Source of the DNA: Verrucomicrobiia bacterium
GTDB lineage: Bacteria > Verrucomicrobiota > Verrucomicrobiia > JADLBR01 > JAIBCM01
Reading direction: 5' to 3'
DNA: 64,000 bases
Assembly (NCBI GenBank): GCA_019694135.1
Contig: JAIBCM010000004.1
Coordinates: 65,364 to 129,363 of the forward strand
Positions 1-10,052 of this stretch are shown here, piece after piece. Positions within the stretch are counted from its first letter, which is position 1. Each line of letters begins with the position of its first letter. A program made the position numbers and the translations under genes. The notes under the pieces are model-generated. The model made no database searches. It saw nothing but the letters and a program-made list of their open reading frames with translations, and was not told the DNA's origin.

Positions 1-2
1 AT

Positions 3-551
3 TTGGGTTGCGGTCCCGCTCAAGAAATACAAAATTTTCTTCAGGCTTACGATCTTAGCGATTTAGCGCATTTTACTTTAATTGATTTTAATGATGAAAC
101 ATTAGCTTATACGGAGCAAAAAATTAAAAATGCCTGTAAGCAATTTAAGCGGCAAGCTGAGTTTCGTTTTGTTAAAAAATCAGTTCATCAAATTTTAAAA
201 GAGTGTGGAAAAAGTAACGAGATACTGATGCCTGAAGATTATGATTTGGTTTACTGCGCTGGATTATTCGATTATTTATCAGACAGAGTTTGCCAAAGAT
301 TAGTAGAAGTTTTTTACCAATTAGTTAGGCCCGGCGGGTTAGTGGTGGTAACAAATGTGGACATTCAGAATCCGCAAAAAAATATGATGGAATATGTTTT
401 AGAATGGCATTTAATTTATCGTAATTCAGAAAATCTTCAATATTTGGTCCCAAAAGCCGTAGATAAAAACTTTTGGTCAGTCAAAGCCGACGAAACAAAG
501 GTTAACATTTTTTTGGAGTTAAGGAAAAACTTGAGTTTGGTAAATGTCTGA
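3..551 (+). CDS. Class I SAM-dependent methyltransferase, C-terminal part. The 5' end runs off the window; the first in-frame start shown is an alternative TTG.
   Basis: Rossmann-fold methyltransferase-like segments (LVYCAGLFDYL, RPGGLVVVTNV). The ORF abuts the window edge and overlaps the downstream kinase gene by 8 nt. Confidence 0.5.
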   Translation: MGCGPAQEIQNFLQAYDLSDLAHFTLIDFNDETLAYTEQKIKNACKQFKRQAEFRFVKKSVHQILKECGKSNEILMPEDYDLVYCAGLFDYLSDRVCQRLVEVFYQLVRPGGLVVVTNVDIQNPQKNMMEYVLEWHLIYRNSENLQYLVPKAVDKNFWSVKADETKVNIFLELRKNLSLVNV

Positions 552-3255
552 TGCAATCCATCTAACAGAAGCTTTTAAGCAATACAACCGTCAGATGCGG
601 ATTGTAAATGCTCGTATCGCGTGCTTGCTTGCTGGTTCTTTAATGCCGCTCGGTGCTTTGCTTGATTTTCTTGTTTATCCTTCTTATTTGTTGTCCTTCT
701 TTAATGCTCGATTGTTATGTGCTTTTTTAATTTTTTTAGTTTGGTTTATTTTAAATACTAAATGGGGAGAGCGTTATTATTTGATTTTTTCTCATGGTTG
801 GTATGCCCTCCCTACTTTTTTTATGGCCTGGATGATCTATCGAACAGAAGGTGAAACCTCTCCTTATTATGCGGGATTGAATTTAGTGATTGTAGGAACG
901 AGCGCTGTGGTCCAAGGCACCTTTTTACAGAGTATTGTTTCTGTCTCTGTAGTGGTAGTTTGTTATTTTATTGCGATATTCACTCATGGAAATTTTGAAC
1001 ACATTAAAGCTTTTATTAGTAATCTTTATTTCATTATTTTAACAGCTATCATTGTGCTTACGGGAAGTTACTTTTATAATCGATTGCGTTTTCGCGAGTT
1101 TGCTTCGCGCTATGAATTGGATGAAAATAAGCGTGAGTTGGAAGCGGCGAATCAGAAATTAATTGAGTTGGATCAGGTCAAGAGCCGATTTTTTGCCAAT
1201 GTCAGTCATGAATTGCGAACGCCGTTAACATTGCTTTTAGCTCCTTTGGATAAATTGCGGGCTCAAAAAGAGTTGAAGACGATTCGAGGAGGTATGGAGC
1301 TTTTAGAGATTATGTATTCCAATGCGATGCGATTGTTGAAGTTGATCAATGATTTATTGGATTTGGTGAAATTGGAATCGGGCCGCATGGAAATTAAGAA
1401 AGAATCGGTTGATGTCGAAAAATTAGTCTTGGGAATACTGACTTCGATTAAAAAAATGGCAGAGGATAAAATGGTGCGGATTAACAATCAAATTTCCGAA
1501 CAATTGAGTTGGGTTAAATTAGATCGTGATAAGTTTGAGAAGATTATACTTAATTTGGTTTTTAATTCTTTGAAATTCACTCCGGCAGGAGGAAGCATTA
1601 CCGTAAAACTTTTTGAGCAATCAAACCAATTGGTTTTGCAGGTGATCGATACGGGAATGGGTATTGCTAAAGAGCATCTGCCTCATATTTTTGAGCGTTT
1701 TTGGCAAGCGGACACTTCTTCTCGAAGAAAATATCAGGGCACAGGAATTGGGTTGGCTTTGATTAAAGAATTGGTCGAAGCGCAGGGCGGTAAAATTGTA
1801 GCTAAAAGTGAATTGAAAAAAGGGACGGAGATGACGATTTATTTGCCTTTGGAAAAAGGCGAGGCGACTGTGGATTTAGAACCGTCTCATACGTTACCGC
1901 TTGCGGAGTGGTCATTAAATGGGGAACGAAGCGAAGCAGAGGAGGTCACGGTAGTTTCACCTTCGGAAGAGTGGCTAGTGCAGTTGCATAAGCGAGCAGA
2001 ATTATTTCCGGCGATGGTTTCTTTACGAGAATCGATTAAGCCGGTTGAGACCAATCTTTCTTCCAATCGGCCAAAAGTTTTAATTGCAGATGATGAGCCT
2101 GATATGTTGCGATTTATTAAATCGCAGTTGCAAACGCGTTTTCAAATTTTGGAAGCGACTAATGGCCAGCAGGCTATTGACAAGGCGCAACAGTTTTTGC
2201 CGGATTTAGTTGTGTTAGATATGATGATGCCAGTTAAAGATGGGGTGCAGGTTTGTCAGGAGTTGCGAGAAAAAATTTCAACTCGGCATTTACCTATTAT
2301 TCTTGTGACGGCGCGCGCAGATGAGGAGACAAAGCTCGCGGCGCTTTCGGCAGGCGCAACCGATTTTTTAACGAAACCGTTTTCCTTAACGGAACTTTTA
2401 GTGCGTTGCGAAAATCTAATTAGCGCTTTTCAGTTGCAAAAAGAAATTGCTAGAAAAAACCAGGAATTGGAGGCGGCTTTGGAACAGATCAAAGAGGCGG
2501 AAGCTCAGTTGGTGCAATCGGCCAAAATGGCATCTTTGGGGCGCATGAGTGCAGGATTAATTCATGAAATTAACAACCCTTTAAATTATGCGAATTCGGC
2601 AATGTATGTTTTGAAAAAAGAATTGGTTCACTTGCCTGAACCTTCGCAGGAAAAAGTTAACGAAACATTACAAGATGTGAATGATGCCATTCAGCGAGTG
2701 CGCAGTATTGTAACGAATTTGCGTGGATTCACACATCCCGACACGGAAAGTTTTACGTGGGTTTTTGTTCAGGATGTTTTTGATGCCGCTATCCATTTTA
2801 TTAATCCAGAAATTCATCGCGATAATATTAAAGTAGAAGTTCAAGTGGCTAAAGATTGGGAAATTCTAGGTAATAAAAATCAGTTGATTCATTTAATGAT
2901 TAATTTGTTGCAAAATGCGATTGATAGTATGAAAGAAAAAGAATTTAAGGATGGAGAAGTGCCCACTTTGCGTATTCAAGGAGGTATCGGTTCCGAAAAT
3001 GCAATTAGCATTCGAGATAATGGAATGGGCATTCAAGAAGAAAATCGTGAAAAGATTTTTGACCCCTTTTTCACGACAAAAGATGTTGGTGCAGGCATGG
3101 GATTGGGGTTAAGTATTTGCTATCGGATTATTCATCAACACCAAGGAAGGGTGAGAGTCGAGAGCGAAGTGGGGAAATTTTGTGAATTCATCATTGAATT
3201 TCCATCGCAAAACTGTAAAAAACAATCAATTGAGAGCGATGCTCTAAAGATATAA
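544..3255 (+). CDS. Hybrid sensor histidine kinase: polytopic membrane N-terminus, first HisKA/HATPase core, a receiver domain, then a second HisKA/HATPase core
   Basis: About six hydrophobic helices at the N-terminus. H-box FFANVSHELRTPL and G-box GTGIGLALIKEL. REC domain (VLIADDEPDM...LDMMMP...TAR). Second phospho-acceptor motif AGLIHEINNPLNYA and second ATP lid GMGLGLSICYRI. Confidence 0.85.
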   Translation: MSDAIHLTEAFKQYNRQMRIVNARIACLLAGSLMPLGALLDFLVYPSYLLSFFNARLLCAFLIFLVWFILNTKWGERYYLIFSHGWYALPTFFMAWMIYRTEGETSPYYAGLNLVIVGTSAVVQGTFLQSIVSVSVVVVCYFIAIFTHGNFEHIKAFISNLYFIILTAIIVLTGSYFYNRLRFREFASRYELDENKRELEAANQKLIELDQVKSRFFANVSHELRTPLTLLLAPLDKLRAQKELKTIRGGMELLEIMYSNAMRLLKLINDLLDLVKLESGRMEIKKESVDVEKLVLGILTSIKKMAEDKMVRINNQISEQLSWVKLDRDKFEKIILNLVFNSLKFTPAGGSITVKLFEQSNQLVLQVIDTGMGIAKEHLPHIFERFWQADTSSRRKYQGTGIGLALIKELVEAQGGKIVAKSELKKGTEMTIYLPLEKGEATVDLEPSHTLPLAEWSLNGERSEAEEVTVVSPSEEWLVQLHKRAELFPAMVSLRESIKPVETNLSSNRPKVLIADDEPDMLRFIKSQLQTRFQILEATNGQQAIDKAQQFLPDLVVLDMMMPVKDGVQVCQELREKISTRHLPIILVTARADEETKLAALSAGATDFLTKPFSLTELLVRCENLISAFQLQKEIARKNQELEAALEQIKEAEAQLVQSAKMASLGRMSAGLIHEINNPLNYANSAMYVLKKELVHLPEPSQEKVNETLQDVNDAIQRVRSIVTNLRGFTHPDTESFTWVFVQDVFDAAIHFINPEIHRDNIKVEVQVAKDWEILGNKNQLIHLMINLLQNAIDSMKEKEFKDGEVPTLRIQGGIGSENAISIRDNGMGIQEENREKIFDPFFTTKDVGAGMGLGLSICYRIIHQHQGRVRVESEVGKFCEFIIEFPSQNCKKQSIESDALKI

Positions 3256-3257
3256 TT

Positions 3258-4523
3258 ATGGAAACTCCTTACGACTACAAAAAATTTGCTATTTTATACG
3301 TGGATGATGAAGAAAAATCATTGAAATATTTCACGCGAAGTTTTGATGATCATTTCCGCATTTTTACTGCATCCAACGCTGCGGATGGTTTTGAAATTTT
3401 GAAAAATCACGCTGATGAAATTGGTATTTTGATTACGGATCAGAGAATGCCTGGAGAAAAAGGGGTTCAGTTGTTGGAAAAAGTGCGTCACTTACGACCA
3501 CGTATTTTGAGAATTTTAGCAACGGCTTATTCTGATATGGATGCTGCTATTGATGCTGTTAATACGGGCGCGATTTACAAATATATTACTAAACCCTGGG
3601 ATATTCCTTATATGGAAATGACATTGCGTCGTGGTTTGGAATTTTTCATTGTTCAACAAGAACGCGATGGATTGTTAAAAGAAAAAATCGGAGCGTTGCA
3701 TCGGGTCATGATGACGGATCGTTTGCTTAGTTTGGGGATTTTGGCTTCTGGTTTGGGACATCACATGCGCAATTCGTTGGTGGCAGTAAAAACTTTTTTG
3801 GATTTGGCACCGGCAGAATTGCGCTCCGAAAGCATTGAAATAGAAAAATTGAGAAATCCCAATTTTTGGAACGATTTTTACGGTTTAGTTAAAGATCAGG
3901 TTAAAAAAATTATCGATATTTTAGCGGATTTGGAACATATTCCTGATAAACCGAAACCCGATCTTTTCAAGCCAGTAGATTTGTTAAGTTTAATTCGATC
4001 GGCTGTAGAATCTTTTCAACCCAAGTTTCAAGCCCAGTCAGTTTCTTTGGAATCACATCTGCCCCAGACACTTGCTCAAGTTAAGGGGGATAGCGCTATG
4101 TTTGATCGACTTTTTCGTTTGTTATTGGCGGATGAATTGGCAAGTTTAGCCAAAGGACAGAAATTGTCTTTCACGGTGAAAGAAGGAGTTTCTGATGGTG
4201 CGGAACCAAAAGAAATTTTGATCGTTTTAGAAGATGATGGCAAAGGGCTTTCGGATGAATTATTGCGTAGCGTGTTTGATCCCTTTTTTGTGCGTAGCAA
4301 TGGCGCTCAGGAGTATGGCATTAACCTTTTAGCTTGTTACTTCATTGTGCATCATCACGGAGGTTCTATGAAGGTGGAAAATCGCTCTGAAGGAGGATTG
4401 CGTCTTAGCGTTCGTTTGCCTTTTGATCCAGATACTTCTCTTTGTCGTGAAGAGGATCGTAACTTCTTACAAAAAGTTTTTATTAACGAACAAGTTTGGG
4501 AAGATCTTTTAGCAAAAGGTTAA
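3258..4523 (+). CDS. Response-regulator receiver domain fused to a histidine-kinase-like dimerisation/ATPase core
   Basis: N-terminal REC (ILYVDDEEKS...ITDQRMPG...KPW). HisKA-like GLGHHMRNSLVAVKTF followed by an HATPase-like C-terminus (DDGKGLSDELL...GINLLACYFIVHHHGG). Begins 3 nt after the upstream kinase ends. Confidence 0.75.
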   Translation: METPYDYKKFAILYVDDEEKSLKYFTRSFDDHFRIFTASNAADGFEILKNHADEIGILITDQRMPGEKGVQLLEKVRHLRPRILRILATAYSDMDAAIDAVNTGAIYKYITKPWDIPYMEMTLRRGLEFFIVQQERDGLLKEKIGALHRVMMTDRLLSLGILASGLGHHMRNSLVAVKTFLDLAPAELRSESIEIEKLRNPNFWNDFYGLVKDQVKKIIDILADLEHIPDKPKPDLFKPVDLLSLIRSAVESFQPKFQAQSVSLESHLPQTLAQVKGDSAMFDRLFRLLLADELASLAKGQKLSFTVKEGVSDGAEPKEILIVLEDDGKGLSDELLRSVFDPFFVRSNGAQEYGINLLACYFIVHHHGGSMKVENRSEGGLRLSVRLPFDPDTSLCREEDRNFLQKVFINEQVWEDLLAKG

Positions 4524-4526
4524 GAA

Positions 4527-5069
4527 TTAATCTTCGCTGCTAAGATTTTGAATTTTGTGGTGGTTTCGATTATGTTTAGAAAAAGTATTCGTTTTTTCTT
4601 TCCAAAGAGTTTGAATTAAAAAATAACCTCCGAGCCCTAAGATTAAACCGATTACTGAACAACCAAGAAATAGTGGAAATCCTGCTTGCCATAACCAAGT
4701 GAAATTGCCTTCAAAAGATAGAGTAGTCAGAGGGCGATTTAGGAGGAAACATCCTAAAGCATACGCAAAAGAATAAAAAAAAGGGGCTGTCAAAGGATTG
4801 GTAGTAAAAAGCAAAATAATAGTAGTCGGAAGATTGGCACGCAACAAAAGAGCCAGAGTTAAACCTGCAATCAAATGAAATCCAAAAAAAGGGCTCGTGC
4901 TAATTAAGCAGCCAATAACCCATCCTCGCGCGACCGGTTGTTTTCGCCAAGCCCAAGACGATTTCAAAAAAAGATTGTCGCCAAAACAACGATGTAAAAA
5001 ACCGCCACGAAGTCGCCTTCGAGAAAATCCTTTCTTATGAATCCAACGAAAATATTTGAGTTTCAACAA
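4527..5069 (-). CDS. Small polytopic membrane protein of unknown function (DUF2062-like)
   Basis: 180 aa, basic N-terminus followed by three to four hydrophobic helices. No motif I recognise. Confidence 0.4.
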   Translation of the reverse strand: MLKLKYFRWIHKKGFSRRRLRGGFLHRCFGDNLFLKSSWAWRKQPVARGWVIGCLISTSPFFGFHLIAGLTLALLLRANLPTTIILLFTTNPLTAPFFYSFAYALGCFLLNRPLTTLSFEGNFTWLWQAGFPLFLGCSVIGLILGLGGYFLIQTLWKEKTNTFSKHNRNHHKIQNLSSED

Positions 5070-5217
5070 TAGCTCCTATTCAAACTGACGTGTCACTCGC
5101 CAGCAGCAACAAACGACTGACAATTTACTATGTAACACAATTCTTTTGCTTATTAAATTAGAAAGAAATAATGAAAAGAAAAAATCGAAGAATGATAATG
5201 TCTTACACATGGTTTTG

Positions 5218-5706
5218 TTAAGCGTAGCGACAACGTTGCGCATGAGTTAAAGCCACTGCCAAGGCATCACTTGCGTCGGGCGAGGGAGTGGTGTCTAAGC
5301 CTAATAAAGCTCGGATCATGAATGCGACTTGATTCTTACGAGCAGCTCCGCGCCCGGTTGAGGCCATTTTAATTTGACGCGGAGCATATTCAAAAAGCTC
5401 CAGACCATTTTGAGCCACTGCCAGAAGAACAACTCCCCGTGCGCAACCTAGCGTGATAGCAACCGAATGGCTTTGCACATAGATGGTTCTTTCTAATGCG
5501 ACACCATGAGGATGATAATCATGAATTAAACTCTGCAATTTTTCATAAAGGTTCGCTAAACAATTTTCTACGCTTAATTGAGGCGAATTTTTAATGATTC
5601 CCCAAGTTAAAACGCGATGACGGGATGGAGAAAAGCTTTCGATAACGCCATAACCCGTACTGCGCAGCGAGGGATCAATGCCAAGAATCACTTGTGAAGA
5701 GCTCAT
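5218..5706 (-). CDS. ruvC: Crossover junction endodeoxyribonuclease RuvC
   Basis: 162 aa. N-terminal ILGIDPSLRSTGYGV (catalytic Asp) and the rest of the RuvC fold are conserved. Confidence 0.85.
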   Translation of the reverse strand: MSSSQVILGIDPSLRSTGYGVIESFSPSRHRVLTWGIIKNSPQLSVENCLANLYEKLQSLIHDYHPHGVALERTIYVQSHSVAITLGCARGVVLLAVAQNGLELFEYAPRQIKMASTGRGAARKNQVAFMIRALLGLDTTPSPDASDALAVALTHAQRCRYA

Positions 5707-5758
5707 GAGAGATGGTTTCTTAATAGAAAAATAGTATCATTTATGGCATATTATTACT

Positions 5759-6082
5759 ATGAAAACTCAAATCAAAACTTGGTTGTTATTGGGTTGTTTT
5801 ATTTTTAACGTTTACGGAGTGATGGGGCAAACCTTTGAAATAGAAACGCCCAAAACAAAAAAGAAAATAACTCCTGTAGAGCCCTCGCGAGCTCCTAATC
5901 GCATTATTGGCAAACGAGCTAATTATAGTGGAGCGATTATCCAATTCATTAAAACAAAACCGGCTTGGCAAGCAATCAATCCTTTTGCCCCGAAAGCCTA
6001 TGGAGCAGGTTATCATAACACGACCCAGGATCCCTATTCTGGTGAAATCGACGGATTAAAGCTGTTCTCTATTGAGTTTTAG
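5759..6082 (+). CDS. Small secreted protein of unknown function
   Basis: 107 aa with a signal peptide (MKTQIKTWLLLGCFIFNVYGVMG). Lysine/proline-rich, ends in an aromatic residue. Confidence 0.4.
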   Translation: MKTQIKTWLLLGCFIFNVYGVMGQTFEIETPKTKKKITPVEPSRAPNRIIGKRANYSGAIIQFIKTKPAWQAINPFAPKAYGAGYHNTTQDPYSGEIDGLKLFSIEF

Positions 6083-6097
6083 GTTAAACTCAAACTT

Positions 6098-6970
6098 ATG
6101 GGTTTGTTTGGATTCGGTTCGGAAAACGACAAGGGTGAAGAAAAAAAAGAATCTTCTATCGATTCGGCGCAAAATGCATCTTCGTCCGATGAGCGCAAAC
6201 CGACTTGTTCCGAAGTTACGCCTCGTTTGAAAGCATTGCCTTCCGGATTAAAAAAAGTTTCTGCTGGCTCGATTTCTTTAAGCTCAAATGAAAATAATGC
6301 CTCTCAAACTTCCTCTTTACCAGTCGAGGTTTCTCCAGCTTCTTCAGAAGATATGGTTTCAGAAAGTCAACGTATTTTAGCTTCACTAGCAAGTTTGACC
6401 GAGAGCGAACCTGTAGCAAAACCTGAAGAAAAAAAACAAGAATCGATTGTCGAACAATCGACTTCTCATGCTCAAACTTTTATTTCTTCGCTGCCTTCAG
6501 TCGTCATATCCGAATCTTTTTCTTCGGTGTCGCAAGATATTTCTACCGTGGCTGAACGTCGACAACGTGCTTATCGAGCTCTGTCACGTTGGTTGAACAA
6601 TCCGACAGAAATTGAAGTGGATCTGGTTAATTTACCAAAAATTTTGCTAAAAAATTCTGAAATTCATGGTGCCGCCATTATCGATCAAGAAGGATTAATT
6701 TTAGGTTTGGAAACCTCGATCGAAATCAATCGTAAAGTGCTAGCGAATTTAGTATTGAAACTTTTTTATCAATGCCGATTTGCTGCCGAGGAGTTAGATC
6801 TTGTTTTTCGTGATCAAACAATTGTATCTCTTGGTGAATTAACTCTGCAAATCAGTCATTGGCAGGCTTTTTATTTGATTACTTTTCATCAGCATTTGCC
6901 CTCCGAAAAACTTTTGCATCGATTGCGAAAAACGGTTCGAGCTTTGGCTCGGGTTGAAATGGGAGTTTAA
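6098..6970 (+). CDS. Protein with a Ser/Glu-rich low-complexity N-terminus and a C-terminal Roadblock/LC7 (MglB-like) domain
   Basis: About 170 aa of S/E/K-rich low-complexity sequence, then a roughly 110-aa segment (HGAAIIDQEGLILGLETSIEINRKVLANLVL...LITF) that matches the Roadblock/LC7 fold pattern. Confidence 0.5.
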   Translation: MGLFGFGSENDKGEEKKESSIDSAQNASSSDERKPTCSEVTPRLKALPSGLKKVSAGSISLSSNENNASQTSSLPVEVSPASSEDMVSESQRILASLASLTESEPVAKPEEKKQESIVEQSTSHAQTFISSLPSVVISESFSSVSQDISTVAERRQRAYRALSRWLNNPTEIEVDLVNLPKILLKNSEIHGAAIIDQEGLILGLETSIEINRKVLANLVLKLFYQCRFAAEELDLVFRDQTIVSLGELTLQISHWQAFYLITFHQHLPSEKLLHRLRKTVRALARVEMGV

Positions 6971-6973
6971 ATC

Positions 6974-7651
6974 TTATCGCATTTCATTCCAGATTTTGAG
7001 CGAATAACGTTCTTTCTCTAATTTTTTTGCCAAAACGATTTCTTCTTCGGTTAATTGATCGCTTTGGAATTTTTTTTCAAAAATTTCTTCTACAGCTTGA
7101 ATAAGATGTGAGAAAAAAGTTGTCGGCAAAGAATTGATTAAAAGACTGCCTTGATGCAAAACGGCAAGTTGGGTGCGACGTTGTGCGGCTCCGGCAATTT
7201 TTTGTCCGGAGCTATTGACTAAATCAAATTTAACCGGTTTTTGAAAGCAAGCTGAAGATTCCAGTTCAGAAGGTGCGGGAATAACTTGGCTGGTGATGTG
7301 ACAGTGGGATAACGCTTTTTGGATGGCTTCATGAATTTTTCGATAACTTTCGCTCGTTCCGCTTTGTGCAAGGGAGTGGTTGCGAGGAAAAATGAGTGTA
7401 TAGGTAAAATCGTTTGCATGATCCACCAGACCACCACCGGTTAAACGTCGGACAAAACTTCGACCTGGAGGCACCACGCTTTTGCTTTGAAAATACCCTA
7501 AAGAAACAGCGGGTTCATTCCATTGGTAAATTCTTAAAACAGGGGTTTGGCAAAGACGCAAAAGAGCTTCATCAACTGCCATATTGTAAGCAGGAGAGTT
7601 TTTATCATGATGAATGACGCGAGCCATAATGAAATAATCTATTTCAAGCAC
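6974..7651 (-). CDS. Lipoate-protein ligase / octanoyltransferase family protein (BPL/LplA/LipB catalytic domain only)
   Basis: NMAVDEALL, WNEPAVSLGYFQ, and a conserved lysine in KIAGAAQRR. About 220 aa, so it lacks the LplA C-terminal domain. The start is uncertain: GTG at 7651 or ATG at 7627. Confidence 0.65.
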   Translation of the reverse strand: MLEIDYFIMARVIHHDKNSPAYNMAVDEALLRLCQTPVLRIYQWNEPAVSLGYFQSKSVVPPGRSFVRRLTGGGLVDHANDFTYTLIFPRNHSLAQSGTSESYRKIHEAIQKALSHCHITSQVIPAPSELESSACFQKPVKFDLVNSSGQKIAGAAQRRTQLAVLHQGSLLINSLPTTFFSHLIQAVEEIFEKKFQSDQLTEEEIVLAKKLEKERYSLKIWNEMR

Positions 7652-10035
7652 GCATCAATTTCAATGATTTGAGAAAAAGTGTTAGCTGGCAACGCTTCCC
7701 AGTCGACTAAGTTAGAAAAGGTGAAATCTGTTTCATTAGCATAAAGTGCTTGAGCTTGGGGCACAATTAACACCTTTTTAGCGCGAGTAAAAGTGACATA
7801 TAAAAGACGTTGTAATTCTTCTCGTTGCGCTTTTTTTGTGATGGCTTCGTCGTCACAATCTTTTTGGTAAGGATGAACTTGAATTTTTAATTCTTGTGTT
7901 TCCGGATGGCGTTTGATTTTGGGATAAGTTTCGGGCGCGTGATAGATGCGACGGTTCATGCCTAAGGCTATGACAATAGGCCATTCTAATCCCTTTGCTT
8001 TCATGCTAGTTAAGAATTGAATGGCGTCATTTGGAGTAGAGAAAAGGGGAGCAGGATTTTTTAATTGTTCGGTCAGTTGTTTTACAAAACTTAAAAAAGA
8101 GACGCCTTGAATTTCAGCCATGCAAGCTTGATTCAGGATATATTCTAAAGATTCTAATGATTCATCAATTGCTTGTAAACGATCAGCTAATTGCGTTTGC
8201 TCAAAAACTTGTTGAACTTTTTGGCTTAAACTTAGTGGAAGCGTTTCTGAGGAACAAATTTCTTTTAAATTTTGTAGGAAAGTCAACGCAGCTTGGAGTT
8301 TGGGATGATGGGGCGTTTGACTGTAAAGGTTAAGACCTTCAGATAATTGCAAGTGCGCTTGAGCTAATTCTATGTCCGAAATGACAAAAATTTCTCTCAA
8401 AACTCCCAACAATTCAAAACGATCGTAAGGATGAAAAAGCGTGTAAAGGAGCATAGTTGGCCAGCTCAAAGCAGGAGTTAAAAAAGCAGGTTGTTTTTGA
8501 GAGAGACTGACTGTGGGAAGTTGGTAGAGGTCAAAAATTTGTCTGGCTTGTTCGAGCCATTCAATTCGAGGGCACAATACTGCTACGTCATTCCAGTTCC
8601 ATGAAGCACTTTTGAGTAGTTGTTGTAACGGGTGTTTGGTGAGCCATTGAGCGACCCCATGGCATTCACTTATAAATGCTTCCTTAGTTTCGAGCGAAGG
8701 AGTTGTAGTAGAAGTAAAATGGAGAGCTATCGAGAATCCAGGATGAGAAGTGGGTTTATGAATCAATTCACGAAATTGAACATGGCTTTGTGTGAGACGG
8801 TGAGGAAATACATGGTTTACCGTTTGCACGATATGTTGAGGGCAACGCTGTGTGACGGAAAATTCCAAGCATTCGCTGTCGGGTTGATTTTCATAGGCTT
8901 GAGTGTAACGCGTGTAGGTTGCTACATCAGCGCGGTTGCTATAAATGGTTTGTTGATTATCACCCACAAAGGAAAAACGACCCGATTCGGGTGGAGGCGC
9001 TTGAAGGTTTTGTGGCCATTGAAAAGGTAAACTTTTCGCAGGACGAGCCAATTCGACTAATATGGAGAACATGTCGGAATCGGTGTCTTGTGCCTCGTCT
9101 AATAAAATGATGTAACGACGCGCGCGTAGACGCTCTAGACTTTCCGGTGACTGAAGAAGTTGGTGACACCATTGAATTTGATCATCGTAAGTAATTTTTC
9201 GTTCTTTGACTCGGAATGTTTGGTAAGCCAAGGCAACGTGAGACGCAAGGAAGAGAGCTATTTCTGATAGGGCATTAAGGTAGGGATAAAAAGTATGCTG
9301 TGCCTGATCTTTAAAAAATTTTGAGCCTTTGTCGTAAAAAGGAATTTCTAAAAATTTTTGATTAGCATGAAAAGCATCCAACCACTTCATTAAATGAGTC
9401 TGATTTTTAGCTGTGCTTTCTGCGCCTCGACCTTTTAGAGGTTGATCAGGTGTAAAATGTAGAACAGGTAATGAAAAAGAGATTTGTTTTTGCAAGCGCT
9501 TTCGAGCGTCAGCAGGTTTTATTTTGGAGGCTATTTGCAATAAGGTTTCGAAAGTGAAATGGCGAAGAAATTTATTTAGAGGTTCTTCGGGTAATTGAAG
9601 TTCTTTAAGTTCCTGGCTTTCACAAAAAGTTGTCCATAATTCAGCGGAATCGTCGATCAAATCTAAATCGCTTGGTAATCCGAGATGATGTCCTTCTTGC
9701 GTGAGAAGTTTCAGGCAAAAACTGTGAATGGTTCCGAAATAGGCTTTTTTTAATCGATTGAGTAATGGGTGAAGTTCTGAGTTGGCGGTGAGTTGTTCGA
9801 TTAATAGGTTTTGGGTGCGAATTTTTAATTTTTCTGCAGCTAGTTTTCCATAAGTTACAACAACGAGTCGGCTTAAAGGATCATCTTGATTGGAATGAGT
9901 AGAGGTGTGAGTGGCTAAATGACAAATGCGACGAACAATCGAAGTGGTTTTACCTGTGCCCGCGCCTGCAGCGATACAGAAATTGCGATGAATCTCGGTT
10001 TCAAAACGGTGTCGGGCCGAGTTGTCGGAAGGCAT
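7639..10035 (-). CDS. UvrD/Rep-family SF1 DNA helicase (AddA/RexA-like) with no C-terminal nuclease domain
   Basis: Walker A AGAGTGKTT, motif II LLDEAQDTD, motif III FVGDNQQTIY, motif V/VI KGLEWPIV...YVTFTRAKK. The protein ends right after motif VI and I find no PD-(D/E)XK segment. Confidence 0.8.
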   Translation of the reverse strand: MPSDNSARHRFETEIHRNFCIAAGAGTGKTTSIVRRICHLATHTSTHSNQDDPLSRLVVVTYGKLAAEKLKIRTQNLLIEQLTANSELHPLLNRLKKAYFGTIHSFCLKLLTQEGHHLGLPSDLDLIDDSAELWTTFCESQELKELQLPEEPLNKFLRHFTFETLLQIASKIKPADARKRLQKQISFSLPVLHFTPDQPLKGRGAESTAKNQTHLMKWLDAFHANQKFLEIPFYDKGSKFFKDQAQHTFYPYLNALSEIALFLASHVALAYQTFRVKERKITYDDQIQWCHQLLQSPESLERLRARRYIILLDEAQDTDSDMFSILVELARPAKSLPFQWPQNLQAPPPESGRFSFVGDNQQTIYSNRADVATYTRYTQAYENQPDSECLEFSVTQRCPQHIVQTVNHVFPHRLTQSHVQFRELIHKPTSHPGFSIALHFTSTTTPSLETKEAFISECHGVAQWLTKHPLQQLLKSASWNWNDVAVLCPRIEWLEQARQIFDLYQLPTVSLSQKQPAFLTPALSWPTMLLYTLFHPYDRFELLGVLREIFVISDIELAQAHLQLSEGLNLYSQTPHHPKLQAALTFLQNLKEICSSETLPLSLSQKVQQVFEQTQLADRLQAIDESLESLEYILNQACMAEIQGVSFLSFVKQLTEQLKNPAPLFSTPNDAIQFLTSMKAKGLEWPIVIALGMNRRIYHAPETYPKIKRHPETQELKIQVHPYQKDCDDEAITKKAQREELQRLLYVTFTRAKKVLIVPQAQALYANETDFTFSNLVDWEALPANTFSQIIEIDACLK

Positions 10036-10052
10036 GGCAATGAAGCCGCTTT

